Below, piece after piece: positions 12,801 to 25,142 of a DNA stretch of 64,000 nucleotides. The stretch comes from Monocercomonoides exilis PA203 (Eukaryota > Protista > Preaxostyla): the NCBI GenBank assembly GCA_001643675.2, contig LSRY02000020.1:248001-312000 (forward strand), in the 5' to 3' direction. The number at the start of each line of letters is the position of its first letter. Positions within the stretch are counted from its first letter, which is position 1. The position numbers and the translations under genes were made by a program. A model generated the notes under the pieces. It was not told where the DNA came from. It searched no databases and worked only from the letters and a program-made list of their open reading frames with translations.

Positions 12801-14957
12801 TGGTGATGGGCACGACAGACAGAGGGAGACTGCGCATATGGGACATCCAGTCAGAGCGCCTCAGCACAGTTTCTGTGGACGACGAGTGCGTGTGGAACAG
12901 CTGGGTGGATGGGCGGCCTCGCTGCTTTGGCACTGATATGGAATCTGCAATGCAGAAAGACGGGAAGATCGGAAGACTCACGAAAAATGGGAAGCCGCTG
13001 GAAAAAATAGATGTGGAAATGCTGAAAGGAGATGTAATGCCACCTCAACCACAGCCGCTCGTTATTCCTTTCGATGAAGAAGAGCAAAGAAAGGAGTCGG
13101 AACGATTTGGCTTTTCATCTAATTCACTTCTGAAGCGTCCATCAAATAAATCTTCGATGATTGATGGAACTAAGCTTCCAACAAAGATTCCTGCTCCCCT
13201 TTTCTCGATTGATAATTCAGCAGGATCTCGAACAACATCAAATGCAATTTCAAATCTCCCCACATCTACTGCAAGCGTCCAGCCATCTCATCCGATTGCT
13301 CCTCCACCAGCTTCAAACTGGCTGGATAATTCACATCAGCCTTCATATGCTTCATCATCAACATTGGTGAAGACTTCTGTTGCGTTGATTGAAAACAATG
13401 AAATGCCAAAACTTACTCATTTGCCTGTTGTCACTTGCATCGCTTGTTCTCCAAGCGATCCTTCGATTGTGGCGTATGCTTCGTCTTCACCCGATGCTCT
13501 GCCTCTGAAAATGGGTTCTCTTCTCCGCTCGCACCAGCTGGATTCGCTTCCTTCTTTGTCTTCGTTCACAGAGCATCACACACCGCGTGAAGGTAGACTT
13601 GGTGTGGTTAACATTCGGCAGATGAAGCTGGTGCAACGGATGGTCATTGCACCATTTCCTTGTCTTGTCCACTCCATCCACTTCAACAGAAAGGGCGATG
13701 CGATTCTGTGTGCTTGCGATGATGGAGCTGTCCGGCTGTTCAGCTGCGGCAAGAGTGAGCCTTTGGTCGAGTGGAAGATGCACAAGGGGCCCTGCTTTGA
13801 TGTTGCTTGGACAGTAGACGAGTCTTCGTTTGTATCGGTTGGAGCCGATGGGTTTGTAAATACTTTCATATTTTTAAAAAATGTTTATCTTTAATAATTA
13901 AATATTTTTTTATATGAATTTTGCTTTCAGACAAATTCTTCAGCAGTCCATTCGCATTCCAACTTTGCAGCTGTTCGCTTATAACCCGCCTTCTTTGCTA
14001 CACACATCTTCTCAGCATTTGCATCTCTCTGTTGATATCGATTCAGAAAATGACCATCCTTCTTTATCAATGCAGCAGAAATCAACTGCACCAGTGTTTA
14101 TTCCATTGAATATTACAGTCAAAGGTGATCTTTTGTGCATCAGTGGAACCATTTTCTGCCCCAATGCCATATACTTTGCTGCAGATGAGGTTGTTCCTGT
14201 GTCTTTTGATGATGAGACAGAAACCATGAAACATAAAAATGTGAAGATTGAGAATGATCAAAAAGATAAAGATGATTCAAAAGAAGAAAATAAACCTGGA
14301 AAAATCGAGAAGGATATAGATGAAGAGGACGATGAAGAGGAAGAAGAAGAGGAAGAGTGGGAAGAAGAAGGAAGTGTAGAAAAAGAAGGAGAAACAAGTG
14401 ATGGCCACCATAATGATGAAAAGCTCGTTCTAAAAAAGAATCAAATCGATTCAGATGCATTGCACCAATCAACACTCCAAATTGCACCGCCCGCGGTTAA
14501 TTCAATGTCTCATTCTTCGTCTCTTGCTGCATTTCACAAGCTTCCATCTTCTGAAACAATTACTCAAACAGCAGACTTTGATTACTTCAACCACTGGCGC
14601 TTGCATTCAAAGGGAAAGAAACAGAATGCTTCAGCTTCTTTGGTGAATGGAGAAATGCAATCTCCGCACACATCTTCTCCAACTTCGTTCTATTCATACG
14701 ATTCGCCATTTCTGAGTTCTCCTTTTTATTCATCGACTGGAGAAGCGGCAAAGGATGCCTTCCGAATCTCTTCACACAGTTCGGTGTTTGTGTATCAACA
14801 GAATAATGCAACTGCTCTTGCTGAAGTGAACGGAGATGGCAAGGAAGCAGTGAACATCCAATGGCATCCGACAGACAGTTTGCTATTGATCACAACAGGA
14901 AGCAGCGTTGGTGTGGTTGAGATGGACAACGTTTCAGGATCGTCTCGTAATGCTTGA
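6824..14957 (+). CDS. WDR91: WDR91-like protein (3 exons; introns 8396-8560 and 13852-13930)
   Basis: N-terminus DDLIVDYLIFRGFTQSCEQFQMERKKDNNRGFSPEKIV...YKLSLLKFYII...EWIPW...DPMFVLYFTSEWAANLFVGLTNL matches the WDR91 N-terminal domain. A coiled coil and dispersed WD40 blades follow (VHSIHFNRKGDAILCACDDGAVRLF; VNIQWHP). The splice junctions keep frame across the three long ORFs. Confidence 0.85.
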
Positions 14958-15773
14958 AAAGTTCATATAAATGTGCAAAAAGCTGAAATTATAATGACAT
15001 TTAAAATTTTTAAAAACAATTTTTTTTTCTATTTTTATGTTGTATTTGTTTGTAATTAAGTGATAAGTGGTATGTTTTGTTTATCTTTAGATTCATACTT
15101 CTCAACTTCTGTGTTGTATATCTATTTTTGATATTTTCATTTCAGTTTTTTTTAAGCCTTTATGAGATTTGTTTTCATTGATGAAAAGAATATTTCATTC
15201 TGAGCAAAAAATGAACAAGTAAAAGCAATCAAAAACGATGTTTAATAATTTACTAATAACTTTATTGGAAACGCTTCAATAGCAAAATGAAAAGAACTCT
15301 AGCCTCGCTTCATCAGAAATTATTGACAACAGGATTTTTGAATAACACATGCAAGAATGAGAAGAATTGGGTGATGCTGAACGCATAATCTGATGTGCAA
15401 AGACATTAAGATGAATGCTCTCACTCAAAAACAGAAAGAAGTGAAATAAAATAAACAAGTCGATATAAAAATAAATTATTACAAAATTGTTGACAAAACG
15501 AAAAGTAACATAAATACATATGATTGTAAGCAGATGCATACATTAAACACTAAACAGAAAACGTTTCTCAAAGCATTAACAAACAGATTACATAAAATAG
15601 TGTGTATTAAAAGGATAAAAAAACAAAAATGATTTTCTCTAATTTAAATACTTTTTAAAGGAACAAACATTTTCGATTTAAAAAATAAAATAAATGAATA
15701 AAAAGTGGAAATTAAAGCAGTCAGAGTGTTTTGAAATCTCATTCAGCTTCAACGTAAGCCTCTCATTTTTTTT

Positions 15774-18700
15774 TCACAAAAACATTTTCAGCCCGTCAAT
15801 CAACTGCAGCGATGTCAAAGAAGAATCTGAAATGCCACTCGAAAACTTTGGTGAAAGCACTTCGCCAACACCAATCAGCAGCATTATGTCAGACACCTCC
15901 AGCCCCATCAGCTCCTTCAGCACAGCCAGCGAGTTCACATTCGACTTTAGCGCTTTCGATTCCATATGCTTCGCTTTCTTGTCCTTTTCTGGCTTCTCTT
16001 CCTGTTCCTGGCTTTTGCTATCCGCTCCGCCTGAACTGCTCTGCTTCTTGTCTGATGAGCCGAAAAGCCAGCTTTTGTTCGGAGAATCCAGCGAAGACGT
16101 ATTTCTTGAAGACATCTGAGAAAACAGCGATGGGGTTGGGGAAGAAGGAGAAGGCGAAGAAGACGATGCAGATGAAACTTTAACAGACCCAAACAGTTTC
16201 TTCTTCTCGTCATTCATTTCTTCGATCTGCTGATACATCGCCACAAAGAACAGCGCTCTTTCGTACAGCATCATCATTTCGTGTGACAAGACAGATGCCC
16301 TCAAAAGAGAGTGTGGAGTGTTCACACATCGCTTGATGACAGCACGCAGCAGCGGAGAGATGTATTTGATGGGCGCTGCAATCGAACGAGGAAAGCTCGG
16401 CGGCTGCCGAGACAGTGCAGCAGCGACAGAAGGAGGAAGAGAATGAGAAGAAGGATACGAGGCAGCAGAGGATGGAATGGAAGAGGAAGAAGACTGGAGC
16501 GAAGAGGGATTGCGTGAATAAGACAAAGAGGGAGAGAAATTAGCAGAAGATGCTGGTGTCAGAACAGGCAGAGCTGCAGTGGATGAGCAAGGTGTGGAAT
16601 ACGCCGAAGACAAAGGAGACGCAGTTGGCGTGGCAGTCGAACTGAAAATGGAGTTTCTGTTTGAATTTGCATCGCTCTTTGAAAACGATATGCGACGATG
16701 TGAAGGCGTAGCTGCAGGGGAAGCAAGGGCAGTTGTGTGATTTGCTGAGCGGAGTGTGCCAGAAGGAGAGGAAGAAGGTGACAGGCCGTCAGAAAGCGCA
16801 AAAGTTGGCTTCATCCGATTTGCAATGAACTGAGCACACATCTTCTCATCCTCCACAAACAGGCGCTGAAGATAAGTCTGGCGGAGTGTATAGAACGAAG
16901 AAATGGAAGAGAAACATTGCACTTCCTTTTTGGAGACGTTGATGTATGCAACAGGAAATGGGCTCTTCAGCAGCGTCTCCATCGACGGAGCATCACACTA
17001 AAAGAAAAAACAAGAAAAGAAAAAGAAAAAGAAAAAATGTTGATTGTTGCGTTGTGTTGTATGCATATGGAGATTAATGTTTCAAATGATAAAATAATGA
17101 TAATAAATAATTTAATTAATAATGAAATATCATAATAGAAACAAGCATACTTCCAGTATTCCCTGTACAGCCAGCCCAGGAATGAAGTCCGCAAGTGCAG
17201 TGATTGGATAGCTGAGAGAAGAAGGAGGAGAAGTCGGAGAAGGAGTTGAAATGGATGAAGCAGCAATGCAAGAAGAGGAAGAGGAAGAAGAGCATGAAGA
17301 AGAAGATGCTAAGCCAACAACAGAAGCAGAAGAAAGCAATGAACAAGAAGGAGAAGCGATCATATGACTTGAAATCGACCTTTGCAAAGTGAGTGGAACG
17401 GCTGCATCAAACATCGAAGACGACGGCTGTTCAGAAACATTCACATGAACAGAATCACTTTTGTTTGCAGTGTGTTTTGGGCAGATGACACTCAGCACTT
17501 CTTCATCGTCTTCGTCCTCGTCGAAAAAGAGGTCCCGTTCTGTCCGGCCGAACTGGTCTCGATTCAGCTCAATTCCTTTTCTGGCTGCTTCTGCCTCTTT
17601 CTGGCTGAGCTCCTTGCGCTTTGCGAGCAGCTCCTCTTCTTCCAGCACCGACTGCAGGTTGTGTGTGGAGAAAGTGGTGATCCCTTCCATGATGCGCTTC
17701 CGGTGCTGCTCAATTTGCTCTTCCCGCGTCAGATTCTGTTTGCTCAGCCGGATTGTCTTCATCTTTGGATGACATATTTGTGAACTGTCATATTCTGCTT
17801 CAGAAGTTTCTGTTTTATTCCTCAAAGACAATATTTCATAGCCATCACATTTGTCATTTGTCATTCTTTGAGCATCCATCTCTTTGGATGCATCTTCTCT
17901 CTTTCTTCCATCTCCTTCCTCAATTTTCTCACCACTTTCATCACATTCAAACTCATTCGAGCTCAACTTTCTTTCTTCTTCTTCTTCTTCTTCTTCTTCT
18001 TCTTTCTTCTCCATCATTTCGTCTTCCTTCCTCTTCATCTTCACTTCTGGCAGTTCTCTTGTCATCTGCAGTGATGCCATTCCGATCCGCCTTTCACTCC
18101 CGTCTGCACAAATGAACGAAGACACCACAGAAACAGGTGCAGGAGGAGGAGGTGTGCTCGATGCACTGAACAAAGGAGAAGGCGGGAGACGCAGAGAAGA
18201 AGGAGAGGCAGAAAGAGAAGGAGAAGGAGAAAGTGTCGGGGAAGGAGAACAGGAAAGAGAAGCTGTTCGTGTGAAGGAAAAAGCAGGCGATGGCGAAAGA
18301 GAAGGCGGAGGCGGAGCGCATCGAGAGGCAGAAAACGGAGAAGGAGAGACAGAAGAAGCAGGAGAGGAAGAAGGGAGTGAGTTTGTGCGGGTCATGGCAG
18401 TGCTGTAAGTGGGGGAGGATAGAGAAGGGCGGGCAGGCTGCATTGGAGAGGAAGCAGTTGAAGGAGAATGCTCGGTGGATGTGTTGTGAGAAGAGGCATA
18501 TGAAATTGGGAGCAGATCTGGTTGCAGAGAAGGAGGCGGATAAGAAAGTGTGTCTGCCATTGGGCTGTTTGGCTTAACAGCCTTTTGAGGAGGAGGAGGA
18601 GGAGGAGGAGGAGGAGAAGAAGAAGAAGAAGAAGAAGAAGAAGAAGAAGAAGAAGAAGAAAGAGAAGGAGAACTTATCAATTCATTGGAATTAACGACTG

Positions 18701-20870
18701 TTAGAGAAGAAGGTGGAGGAGTTGGAGAAAGGAGCTTCTGAGATGGAAAAGCAGATGATTGTTCAGAATTAACAGTGCTTTCAGAAGATTGCTGGTTTTT
18801 GCTATCTGATTGACAATGCTGCAGATAGGACGAAGGCAGCAGGGCGGAAGAAGAGAAGTTGAGTGCGGGTGATGAAGGAGACAGAGAAGAGGGTATTTCG
18901 AGGGAAGACGTCGACTCCGTCTGCGGCTGGCCTTTGATGATCTGATATGAATGAGACACGCTATTCCTGTTGTCGTTGTCGCTGTCGTTGTCATTAGACT
19001 CCATTGAGAGTGCAGACGAAGAACCTTCCATTTGCATCTTGGTGAGCAAATCAGCAGACTGCAGCATTGTTTCTGGTTGTTTGTCATCCTTGTTGTCTTC
19101 AAAGCTATTCGAGCTTTCAAAATTGTTTGTGCTGTCTGAAGTGATTGAGGAAATGGAGGAAGCTGAGGAGATTGATGTGTCTGAGGTGGTTGAGGTGGTT
19201 GAGGTGGTTGATGTGTATGAGGCAACAGAAGAGGCAGAGCTGAGTGTGTGGGGTGCTGGCTGAAGTGTTGATGTGGTTGAGATCGAAAGAGGCGAAGGAA
19301 GCGTCAGATGAAATGAAGAAGACACCAAAGAAGAGGAAGAAGAAGAGGAAGAGTAAGAGGAGGAAGAAGAGGAAGAAGACTTGTTGTTTTGTTCATTTGA
19401 ATTTGATGATCCAAAAGTTGATTGTGGACATGAGACATTTGTCAAAGCAGCATTTGCAGTTGGAGAAGAAGCAGAAACTGGGGCATTGCTTGAAAATGCA
19501 GGTGATGTGAGAAACAAAGCAGAAGGAGAAGGTGAAAGAGAAGAAGATGACGATGATGGTGAAGAAAGAGAAGGAGAAGGAGGAGATATCAGAGCTGAAC
19601 GTGGGTGTGTCGATGGAAAAGCAGGTGATGAAGACAATTTTGAAGGAGAAGAAGGCGAAGGATTCGAAGGAGAAGCAGCTGATGCAGCTGCCAGGCGCTC
19701 TGAGTTCTTCAGCAGGTCGCTATTGTTAGAGAGCTCGTCCAGCAGCAGCAGAGAGGCGTTCATGTCCAGCGGAGAGAGAGGAAGCCTCGAGAGGAAGCAA
19801 AAAGAAGGAGGAGAGAACAAAAGAAGAGTGTTGACCATTTTGTTGATGGACGCTGTCATTTCGCCGACGACAACTGAGTGGCATCCGCTCTGAAGATGCG
19901 CCTGGATGGCACTTCGAAAAGCAGCAAATGAGAAAATTAGAAAACGTGTTGTCGAGAAATAAGATAAAAAAAATTTTTTTTTTAATCGTTTTGTCAAATA
20001 AATCGTATACTTTTCCAAAAAATGATTGCCATCTTTGAGATAAGCCGGTGTGCAATAAAGAAAACTGTTAGCAATTGGAGGTTGTGCAACTCCAGAAAGG
20101 AATAACGCGTCAATTTCCGCGATTTCTTCAGGAAGAATCCTGCTGAAGCATTCCAACGAGTCGGGAAATGTCTGTAAATGGCAAGAAATTATTTCATAAA
20201 AGGGCAAATCAAATATGTTTTCTCAAATGATTATTCAATAAAAAAATACATCCAGTATGTTTCTCAGACGCAGCCCAAGAATGTCTATTCGATCAGACAG
20301 AACTGTCATTACTTGTTGAATCCTTTGAATCGTTTGTCTAAATAAAAAGCATAAAAAACTATTTCTAAAAGGAAATCTATCTCACACCTACAAAACACGA
20401 ACGTTAACGCAAATCTGGATTCTGTTCCTTCTTGAATTGAGCAAAATAGCGCAGATAGCAATACATAATCTAAAGTTGATTCGAACAAATAAAGTAATAC
20501 ATGGTCGGAATTAAATACAGTTGCATTCGAAAATAAACAATCATAAAAAAATGACCTGGATCTTGAAGGATATTCATTTTAATTTCGATTGGCTTCCTGT
20601 TTCTTGATGTTGAAGTTTTTCCCAGTAATGTGTCCAAAACGTTTCGCGCCAAGCATTCTAATTCATCGTCAGGAATTACATAATCCCCTCTCCAGTACTT
20701 TAAATATTCAAAGGTTGCAAAAGCAAATATGTGTCAAAAAAACTAAAGCTAACTTTCATGATTTGAGGTCCAAAAATGTTGTGCCAATGAGATAATATGA
20801 CTCCGTGGCAAAAAATAGAATGAAATGGAGGAGAACAGGACGTGGAAGCCTTCGTACGCTGACAATGCAT
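15774..20870 (-). CDS. C9orf72: C9orf72 orthologue (longin/DENN protein), multi-exon, with ~860-aa Ser/Pro-rich insertion
   Basis: Spliced exons give ILSHWHNIFGPQIMKYW, ECLARNVLD...IEIKMNIL...VLLSALF...RFALTFVF, FLENAIQAHLQSGCHSVVVGEMTASINKMVNTLLLF, FIPGLAVQGIL, LLKSPFPVAYINV and DIMLLIGVGEVLSP. These are collinear with human C9orf72 motifs (YWDNILGP; FLLNAISSHLQTCGCSVVVG; YESGLFVQGLL; APYPTTHIDV). Introns include 20698-20753, 20470-20555, 19912-20010 and 16998-17150. Confidence 0.9.
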
Positions 20871-21085
20871 TTTTTATATATGGATCTTAATCAGAAATGA
20901 ACTATAATTATTTATTGTTCGTCTTTTTTTCAAAATATGAAGTATAAAAGAGAGTTTAAATATACGCATAAATACTAAAAACAGTTAAATAATGAAGTGC
21001 ATTTATTATTAAAAAAAAATTTTTTTTTTAAAAAATATTTTTAGCCACAAAATATCGAAATACAAATAATCATGATGTTAACCTC

Positions 21086-21094
21086 AAAAAAAAA

Positions 21095-21137
<43 letters not shown>
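21086..21137 (+). repeat. Poly-A run followed by (GA)n microsatellite
   Basis: Directly visible: an A-run then ~17 GA units, between the C9orf72 start and the DUF4139 gene end. Confidence 0.95.
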
Positions 21138-21141
<4 letters not shown>

Positions 21142-21172
21142 TGAAAAAGAAAGAGAAAATATTAAAATATGA

Positions 21173-23866
21173 CTATTTTTTAGAATTTAAAGAGTGCTCA
21201 ATTTCCTCTGAAATAATGCTATATGTGTACATTACAGAGGCTGCTGAATAAAATAAAGTCTTCCTTTCGTATGAACGAGGTGAAAAATAATCTCGAATTT
21301 TCTCGACTATCGCAGGCTTTGCACTAAGTATTTTGCGTTTAGTGTTGAAATTTAATCTCCATTTCAGTGTTCCATCAGGTTCTCTTTGACTTAACTGTTG
21401 GGTCGGGTCAATGGAAATAATTGTTCCGTAACTTGGAATCTTATCGATAATCTCAATTGAATCCAATGCCTTCGATTCTGGAGAGAGAATAAAACGATCC
21501 TTTTTGATTGCAAATTTGGATACTTCATCAGCCAGTGAGTTTTGAGTGTTATTAAGATAGCTGCAAAGAGATTTGGTAACTTTTGATTGATTGCTGGAAA
21601 TGTTGGATTGTTTGGCTTTAGTTCTCTCTTTAAAATAATTGTCGTATAATGCCATTAACTCCATTTTTTCGTTGATTGTTTGTTCATCGAAAATCTCATT
21701 TCCAAAAGTGTCGTCATCCGTATCATAATCATTATTCCCGTAAATTTTGTTTTCAGTTGCTTCAATCATTTTTTCAAAGTGTTTGAATTCAAGCAATGTA
21801 TCTTTTTCAAACAATATGTTTTCTCCTTCATAAATTGTTTCCTTTGCTAAAGTATTCACAAAAGTTGGTTTTGAATTTTTAGCCTGCTTGCTTAAGCTTT
21901 TCATAAATCTAAAAAGGAAATTTTTTGCAGAATTAAACAAAATTTTTGGACCTGAAAGAAATCCAGAAATTGGGCTGTTTCTTTGTGAAGAGTTATCTTT
22001 ATTTCCGTTTTGGTACGAATCTGTATCAAGATTTCCTTTCAGCTTTTTCAATTCGTCTTCTTCTTTCATCAACTCCAAAGGAGAAATGTTAAGAAACGTT
22101 TTTTCTTCACCTTCATTGCGCCTGCAGCTAACCTTTACGAACATATCTCTTTGAATAACTTCATCAATTCCCATTTCTATCAGACGCGTCCTCAACGGAA
22201 TTTCTCGAGGAAGATCTTTTGTTTTGACCTTTCTAATGGAAAACGGAATGTGCATCCACCGGCAAACCACATTTTCTGCCTCATCAATCTTCAGCTCAAA
22301 GGAATCTCCAATATTCACTGGATGCGTAAGATTTGCGTTGTACACGTAAGTATTCTTTGATAACTTTGGAGCTAATGATTCTCCTTCTTGTTCATGATAT
22401 ATCAAAAATTTCCCAGCTGGAAGAGGAGCTTTCCCAAGTAAATTTTTCAGTGTGTTTTCTATTTAAAAAAGAAAAGAAAAGAAAAGAAAATGTTATAATA
22501 TAGAAACAAATAGCAAATCAAACTTATTTTGATATAAACGTTTGGCTTTGCTATTGCTGTTTCAGCTTTTTTGCTACCATGTTTTAAACTTGTTAAATTT
22601 AATCTCAGAATAGGTTTAACTCTAATTTGATCCACTTCTTCATCTTGATCGCACTTGTCATGAAATGAAATTGTTGTGCTATCATTTTGACTTGTTTGAT
22701 TTTCAACCGTGCTTTCAGGCATCTTATCTTCAAAAGAAGAAAAGCTCGTAGTGTACAGTTTAGACCCTTGTGGGCGCTCTTTTCCATAAAGCGAATAACT
22801 TCCTTCGTTGCCGCTTTTCAACAGAAGCACTTGAGTTGAGCCTTTCAGCGGGATCGTCACTGTCCTTCCAGCAGGAGTGTAAAAGTGCTTGTGCCCAAAT
22901 TGTCTCGCTTCAACAGCTTGTTTTGTAAACGAAGGCGGAGAATGTTCAAAGAGCATCTCTGTCTCCTGAATTTTTGATTTGCTTGAGATGTGCTCTGGAT
23001 ATCCCAATTGTACGTTTTCTTCGATTGATTGTTTGAGAAAAAGAATTGATTTTGGAAAAAAAGAAAAGTGATGAGAAAAAATTTATAAAAACATTTTAGC
23101 AAAATTCAAATTACGTCAAACCAGTTGGCAATATTATTTCGTCTTCGGTTTTATAAAAATTCGAGCTGATATTTGTGTATATTGTACCCCAAAGAGAATA
23201 TGTTGCAGTATTCAAAGATTTGCTCAAATTTAAAACATGTAAAGGCTTCCAATGAACTCCCTTTATTGAAAACATTGGATTGACAACGCAACGGCTTTGT
23301 GTCATGTCTTGTGATTGCGAACTTTTACTCATGGTTGTGACAGTTATTGCATTTTCATTTGACACGTAGATTTCTTTCCAGAACGCATCTGCATCTTTTT
23401 GTGTAATTGAAGATATGTGCTCGAAAATGCATGTAGTCTTACTGCCATTGAAAAGGCAAATATTTCCATTTTCAGTGTATTTAAGTATTATTCCTTTATA
23501 TTTATTTTTTGAACTTGTCACAATACTTACAGGCTTTCCTATCAAAGACTTGAATAATGCGTTTTGCAGTCCCCTTTCATTTATAATTTGGTTATGTTTT
23601 AGTGTAGAAAAACTTGTGACATGGCAATCATTATCTGACAAATGATTATCGTTATTCAAAAATGAAATTTGATCCCCAAAGTCAATTGGAAGTACAATAT
23701 TTGCTCTTTGATTTGAATTATTTCCGTTGATCCTCGCGATGCATGATGCATATGCTCCATCATGATTTATATATAATGTTAGATCAGTACAATTCGCATG
23801 AGGCCAGTTTTTGAAACATCTAGCAAAATCAAGAAGTAGAAGAAATACAACAAATATTCCTTTCAT
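21173..23866 (-). CDS. Secreted DUF4139-like protein (3 exons; introns 23019-23121 and 22459-22523)
   Basis: Signal peptide MKGIFVVFLLLLDFARC. Motifs DLTLYIN, LFKSLIGKPVSI, GVHWKPLHVLNL...YSLWGTIYTN, GHKHFY...VTIPLKGSTQVLL and VYIKIKNTLKNLLGKAPLPAGKFLIY are typical of the prokaryotic DUF4139 family. Confidence 0.75.
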
Positions 23867-24657
23867 ATTTTTAAATCTTTAAAAACTGTACAAAATGAAA
23901 AATTAATTCAGATTCAATAAAGCACACTAAAAACAATTTTCGATTTTTCAATGTATAATTAATTTTTTCCATTCTGGAAAAAGTTAACCATAATTTTTTT
24001 GATTCATATCGGAAATTTTTTTTTTTTGCACAAAAAATGCAATTCACAAAGGCATAATCTTCATATTTAAATGTTCTTTTTTTGAAAATTTATTTTTCTA
24101 TTTTAAGAATATTTTTGATTGAGTGAATAAAAATTTCCCCGTTTTGATGACAAATAAAAGTGAATTATTATTCCTTTAATTCAAAAAAATGAAAATCCTT
24201 TTTTTCATTGTGTGTAATTTCAAGTGATTTCATTTTCAATTTTTTCCAAGATAAACAAATTTGAGATTGATGTAAAATATTTCGCAAAATGAATCATCCT
24301 TTATATATACAAGAAATTGAAAATATAACCAATTAAGATACTGAAAGAGTATTTTTGAAAATTTTTGGAGAAATCATTTCCAACTGTTTCAAAAGAAGTC
24401 CGAAAAAAATGAAAACGCTGCTGTTTTTTCATTTTTTCAACGAAACTTTTTTCAAACCTCAGTTTCATCCAATAACAAACATAAAAATTTTCCAATAAGT
24501 TTACCCAAAAGAAGTGAAAAGAATCTGATTGATTTATATGTGATGTCGTTAAAACATAGCGACATTTCGTTACTAAATAAATAAAATATTTGCGTCTTTG
24601 AACAATTTTTATTCACATACCTGAAACATTGTGCTTACAAAATTAAAAAAAAAAGAC

Positions 24658-24720
24658 AAAGAAAGAAAGAAAGAAAGAAAGAAAGAGAAAGAGAAAGAGA
24701 AAGAGAAAGAGAAAGAGAAA
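24658..24720 (+). repeat. (GAAA)n/(GAGAAA)n microsatellite
   Basis: Directly visible tandem units. Confidence 0.9.
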
Positions 24721-24972
24721 ACTTATTGTTGTGAAACAAATTTTTGAATTGGATGCTTTTGAAATGCATAAAAATTTTAAGGAAAGATGAGAGAAACTGA
24801 ATATTTTGCATAATTTCTTTTTAACAGACATACCGCATATAGTAGTTTGGCTTTTCTGCGCATGAAATGTCTTTTCTTCAGACAACTCTCATGAAACTTT
24901 TATCTTCTTCTTTTGCAGCATAATAGTGTTATTTCGTGCAAACATTCCAATGAAAACTCAAACTCAAATCTG

Positions 24973-25005
24973 ACTCACTCACTCACTCACTCACTCACTC
25001 ACTCA
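24973..25005 (+). repeat. (ACTC)n tetranucleotide microsatellite
   Basis: About 8 tandem ACTC units. Confidence 0.9.
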
Positions 25006-25142
25006 TTTTCTCTTTCTTTCTCCTCTTTCACTCTTCTTGATAATCATCGAAATCATTCACTTTAACTTTCCTGGATCCTTGAGGATAAACAACTGAATTG
25101 ATAACCATTGATCTCATGAACAGTTAATAACAAAATAAAAAA

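Noticed and set aside
6824-14957. Three separate genes suggested by the ORF track, or identification as WDR41 (the C9orf72 partner)
   Set aside because: Canonical frame-preserving introns join the ORFs, and the N-terminal domain is diagnostic of WDR91, not WDR41.
17382-19893. Numerous antisense and alternative-frame ORFs (poly-Arg, poly-Glu, poly-Lys) over C9orf72 and other long genes
   Set aside because: They are shadows of stop-poor TCT/TCC/GAA low-complexity coding sequence and have no independent motifs.
2129-23866. Bacterial contamination as the source of the nitroreductase and DUF4139 genes
   Set aside because: Both carry spliceosomal introns, share host base composition and are flanked by clearly eukaryotic genes.
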